From positions 1 to 52,888 of the forward strand of contig CBDBIJ010000081.1 of the NCBI GenBank assembly GCA_965205655.1: a DNA stretch of 52,888 nucleotides, given 5' to 3'. This DNA comes from Candidatus Latescibacterota bacterium (GTDB lineage: Bacteria; Latescibacterota; UBA2968; UBA8231). Shown piece after piece: positions 50,262-52,888 of this stretch (position 1 is its first letter; each line of letters begins with the position of its first letter). The translations under genes were made by a program, and so were the position numbers. The notes beneath the pieces were generated by a model. It did not search any database. It was not told the origin of the DNA and saw only the letters and a list, made by a program, of their open reading frames with translations.

Positions 50262-51713
50262 TCAGAACCCCAGTATCTTGCGAGCCAACCCCCAACCGCT
50301 CGTGACTGCAAAGATAATCAGGACAACCGACGATATCGCCGAACCGATCAATATCGGGGGCCGGGTGCGATAGACGGCTGGCAGCTTGAAGTTCAGATAG
50401 AGGGCGGCGACCATGATGAGAGCTATGGCGAGATTTGCGAAGAGAAAACCGGCGATCTGGATGAGTATGTTGAATGGTATTTCCGACCACACGAGAACCA
50501 TGGTGACCAGAAATAAGTAGAGGCAGATCGCGCGCTTGACCCCGTGATAGGACCACTTGCGCTGGGGCCATATCGATTGCAGGAATTCGTGTGTTACCCG
50601 CCCGTAGATTTCGGGCAACGCCTGCAGGGATCCCCACAGCGCGGCGATGACGCAGATGTAGTAGATCCATATCAGGGTCGGATGAATGGTAGCCCACACG
50701 TGAGCCTGGTTCGTCAACAGACTCCAACCCTCGAATCTGCTCTGAAGTGGCATCAGGACCGCCGCCCCGGACAGCATGAACGCCGCCGTGACAATGAAAA
50801 GGACGAGTGCTCCCATGCTGACATCCCAATGCAGCGGTGAGCACAGTCGTCGCAGGCGGTCGACCGACTCGGCATCTTCCGGGAGGTAGTCGATCCTCTC
50901 CCGAGTGAGGGCGTGGCTGCGAATGGCGTCGATGTCTTTGTGGCTGTTGAGACCCCATTTGTGAAGACCGACCCAGTTGGCATAGACGACGTAGGCCATG
51001 ACCGAACCACCGACATACCCGAATGTCGTGGCCATCGTCAGCATCCGGTGTTTGACCGCGTCCTCCGGGGCCCACGCGGGAAATTCAGGAAAATGTCCAA
51101 AGCTGAACGTGCCCACTAACGCTTTGAAGAAGTCGGGCCGGACCATGAGGGTCCCGAGAATCGTGCCGGTAACCAGAATCCCGCAGATCAGCAGCTGTTG
51201 CTTTTCAACCTTCTCGTACGAGAGTTTCAGGCCCAGCCCCAGGGCCAGGGCTATGAAGAAGGAGGAGATGAGATTCTCCCAAACAGGTTCCGAAAACGTG
51301 TCGGGGAAAGGCAACACGTAATGAAACAGGTCCCCGCACGGTTTCGAGATGGCCACCCATCCCATGGGCGCGGCAAATCCCTCCATCAACAGAATGATTA
51401 TGAGCAGCCAGCCCCGCGGGCCCGGGAACCTCACCATGCGGTGTCCGATCAGCTCGCCGCTCACCGCTGTGTAGCGGCCGATCAAATAGGTGACGAAGAT
51501 TCCCTTGGCGAGACAGCTGAGCAATACGAGCCACAGGAGGTCGTACCCGGCCCAGGCACCGGCGCGAACGACGACGATGGTCTCACCGGCACCGATTGCC
51601 ACGGAGGCAACGATGGCCGCCGGACCGAACACACCCAGCAGGCCAACGAGCTTCCTCCGCGACCACGGCTCAGCGAGGATTCCCTCGAGTTGGGGTATGT
51701 CGAACTTCTTCAT
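50262..51713 (-). CDS. NRAMP-like transporter
   Basis: FGPAAIVASVAIGAGE, GRYTAVSGE, FGYVGG, AFMLSGAAVL; multiple TM segments. Confidence 0.82.
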   Translation of the reverse strand: MKKFDIPQLEGILAEPWSRRKLVGLLGVFGPAAIVASVAIGAGETIVVVRAGAWAGYDLLWLVLLSCLAKGIFVTYLIGRYTAVSGELIGHRMVRFPGPRGWLLIIILLMEGFAAPMGWVAISKPCGDLFHYVLPFPDTFSEPVWENLISSFFIALALGLGLKLSYEKVEKQQLLICGILVTGTILGTLMVRPDFFKALVGTFSFGHFPEFPAWAPEDAVKHRMLTMATTFGYVGGSVMAYVVYANWVGLHKWGLNSHKDIDAIRSHALTRERIDYLPEDAESVDRLRRLCSPLHWDVSMGALVLFIVTAAFMLSGAAVLMPLQSRFEGWSLLTNQAHVWATIHPTLIWIYYICVIAALWGSLQALPEIYGRVTHEFLQSIWPQRKWSYHGVKRAICLYLFLVTMVLVWSEIPFNILIQIAGFLFANLAIALIMVAALYLNFKLPAVYRTRPPILIGSAISSVVLIIFAVTSGWGLARKILGF

Positions 51714-51864
51714 GATTTCATCCGATGTGTTTCGAGTGATTGCTCCAAAATAGCACCATGCTCGCAATAGCGAAACGCGGGCTTTGTCCGGCATAGTATC
51801 AGCACTATCTTACCTACGGTCACTCAGAAAATCGGAATCGCCAACGTCTTTCGCGGAGGACAAC

Positions 51865-52305
51865 ATGCAGCCAGAGATAGCAATCAACCATCTTGCCGTG
51901 ATCGTTTGTGTCATTGCCTCGATGCCGGTAGGCTACCTGTGGTTTGGCCCTTTGTTCGGCACGGCCTGGGTCAGGCATATGGGCATGGAGGACATGGAGC
52001 CGCCCGGCGGTGGCGCGATGGCGAAGTCGCTGGGGCTCTACGCTCTGGGATCGCTCCTGATCGCCTTCGTTCTCGCACACAGCATCCAGGTGTGGATGCC
52101 GTCGACGTGGGGCGTGGGAGAGAATGCCGCGCCGCATGTCTACGGACTGAACGGTGCCATCTGGACGTGGCTCGGTTTTTTCCTTCCTCTGCAGATCGGC
52201 CGCGTCGCGTGGGAAGGGAGGCGCTGGGGGCTCGTCGTCATCAACAGCAGCTTTGACCTTGTCCGACTGTTGATGTTCGGCATGATTCTGGCGTACTGGC
52301 AGTAG
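51865..52305 (+). CDS. DUF1761 family membrane protein
   Basis: INHLAVIV, GYLWFGPLFGTAW, WLGFFLP, WEGRRW.L..IN. GGAGG RBS. Confidence 0.85.
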   Translation: MQPEIAINHLAVIVCVIASMPVGYLWFGPLFGTAWVRHMGMEDMEPPGGGAMAKSLGLYALGSLLIAFVLAHSIQVWMPSTWGVGENAAPHVYGLNGAIWTWLGFFLPLQIGRVAWEGRRWGLVVINSSFDLVRLLMFGMILAYWQ

Positions 52306-52308
52306 AAT

Positions 52309-52888
52309 GTGCAACCCCTGAAGCTTCTCGTATTCGTCGGCACCGAAGGCATCTATCACGACCATGAGGGCCAGGGTAAGTTTCTCGCCACTACGCTCTC
52401 GAAAACAGACGAGTTCGAAGCCGATTTTTCGCGAGACTATGCGATCATGGCGGACGGCCTCAACGTCTATGAGGCCGTCCTGTTTTACACCGACGTCGGT
52501 GACTTCACAGAAGCGCAGGAAAGCGGCCTGTTGAACTTCATCAGGGAAGGCGGCGGATTCTTCGGCTTGCACACAGCCGCGGCGTCGTTTCTCGAGTGTG
52601 ACGGCTAGCACGACATGCTGAATGCGCGCTTCAACGGGCACAGTGAGTACATGGATTTCACCGTCGACATTGCCGATTCCAATGACCCGATCACCGATGG
52701 GTTGCAGGCGTTTGGTGTGACCGATGAGCTGTACTACCTACAGCACGACCCCTCGAAGTCACATCACCTGATGAATGCCTACGATCCGGCGAAGGATGAA
52801 ACGCACGTTATGGCTTTCAGACACACCTTCGGACAAGGTAGGGTTTTCTTTTTTGCCCTGGGTCACGATATGGCTGTGATCGAGAATC
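52309..52888 (+). CDS. ThuA-like (class I glutamine amidotransferase-like) protein, 3'-partial, with in-frame TAG at 52606-52608
   Basis: GGGFFGLHTA before the stop. The same frame continues HDMLNARFNGH...DPITDGL..F.VTDELY...GQGRVFFFALGHD. Confidence 0.82.

Overview
GC-rich bacterial chromosomal window (standard code 11) with about 45 coding regions. Most are scattered small-molecule or carbohydrate catabolic enzymes and transporters: BNR sialidase-like protein, SGNH esterases, enolase-family dehydratase, Gfo/Idh/MocA and SDR oxidoreductases, TIM-barrel epimerases, RraA, Ldh_2, PhyH, MlrC, and MFS/ABC/DMT/NRAMP-like transporters. No rRNA, tRNA or CRISPR array was seen. The most notable items are: (1) a tightly coupled four-gene DNA-processing operon (7434-14902) encoding a degenerate SF1 helicase-like subunit, an intact UvrD-type helicase, a stand-alone four-Cys PD-(D/E)XK nuclease with an SSB-like acidic tail, and a long RecJ, which looks like a split AddAB/AdnAB-type resection machine; (2) a selenocysteine peroxiredoxin (BCP/PrxQ) hidden by an in-frame TGA with a SECIS-like hairpin; (3) an arsI/cadI gene coupled to a Cys-tailed SigZ-like ECF sigma factor with no ArsR or anti-sigma nearby; (4) an apparently cytoplasmic 14-blade beta-propeller histidine kinase; (5) an IS630 element inserted exactly in a stop codon; (6) a 163-bp fold-back MITE-like element; (7) a structured leader on a DEAD-box helicase-SWIB pair. 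Many genes carry single-base frameshifts, mostly in short homopolymers. These are probably long-read consensus errors, so such genes are listed as CDS. All family calls come from motif recognition by eye, not from database searches.
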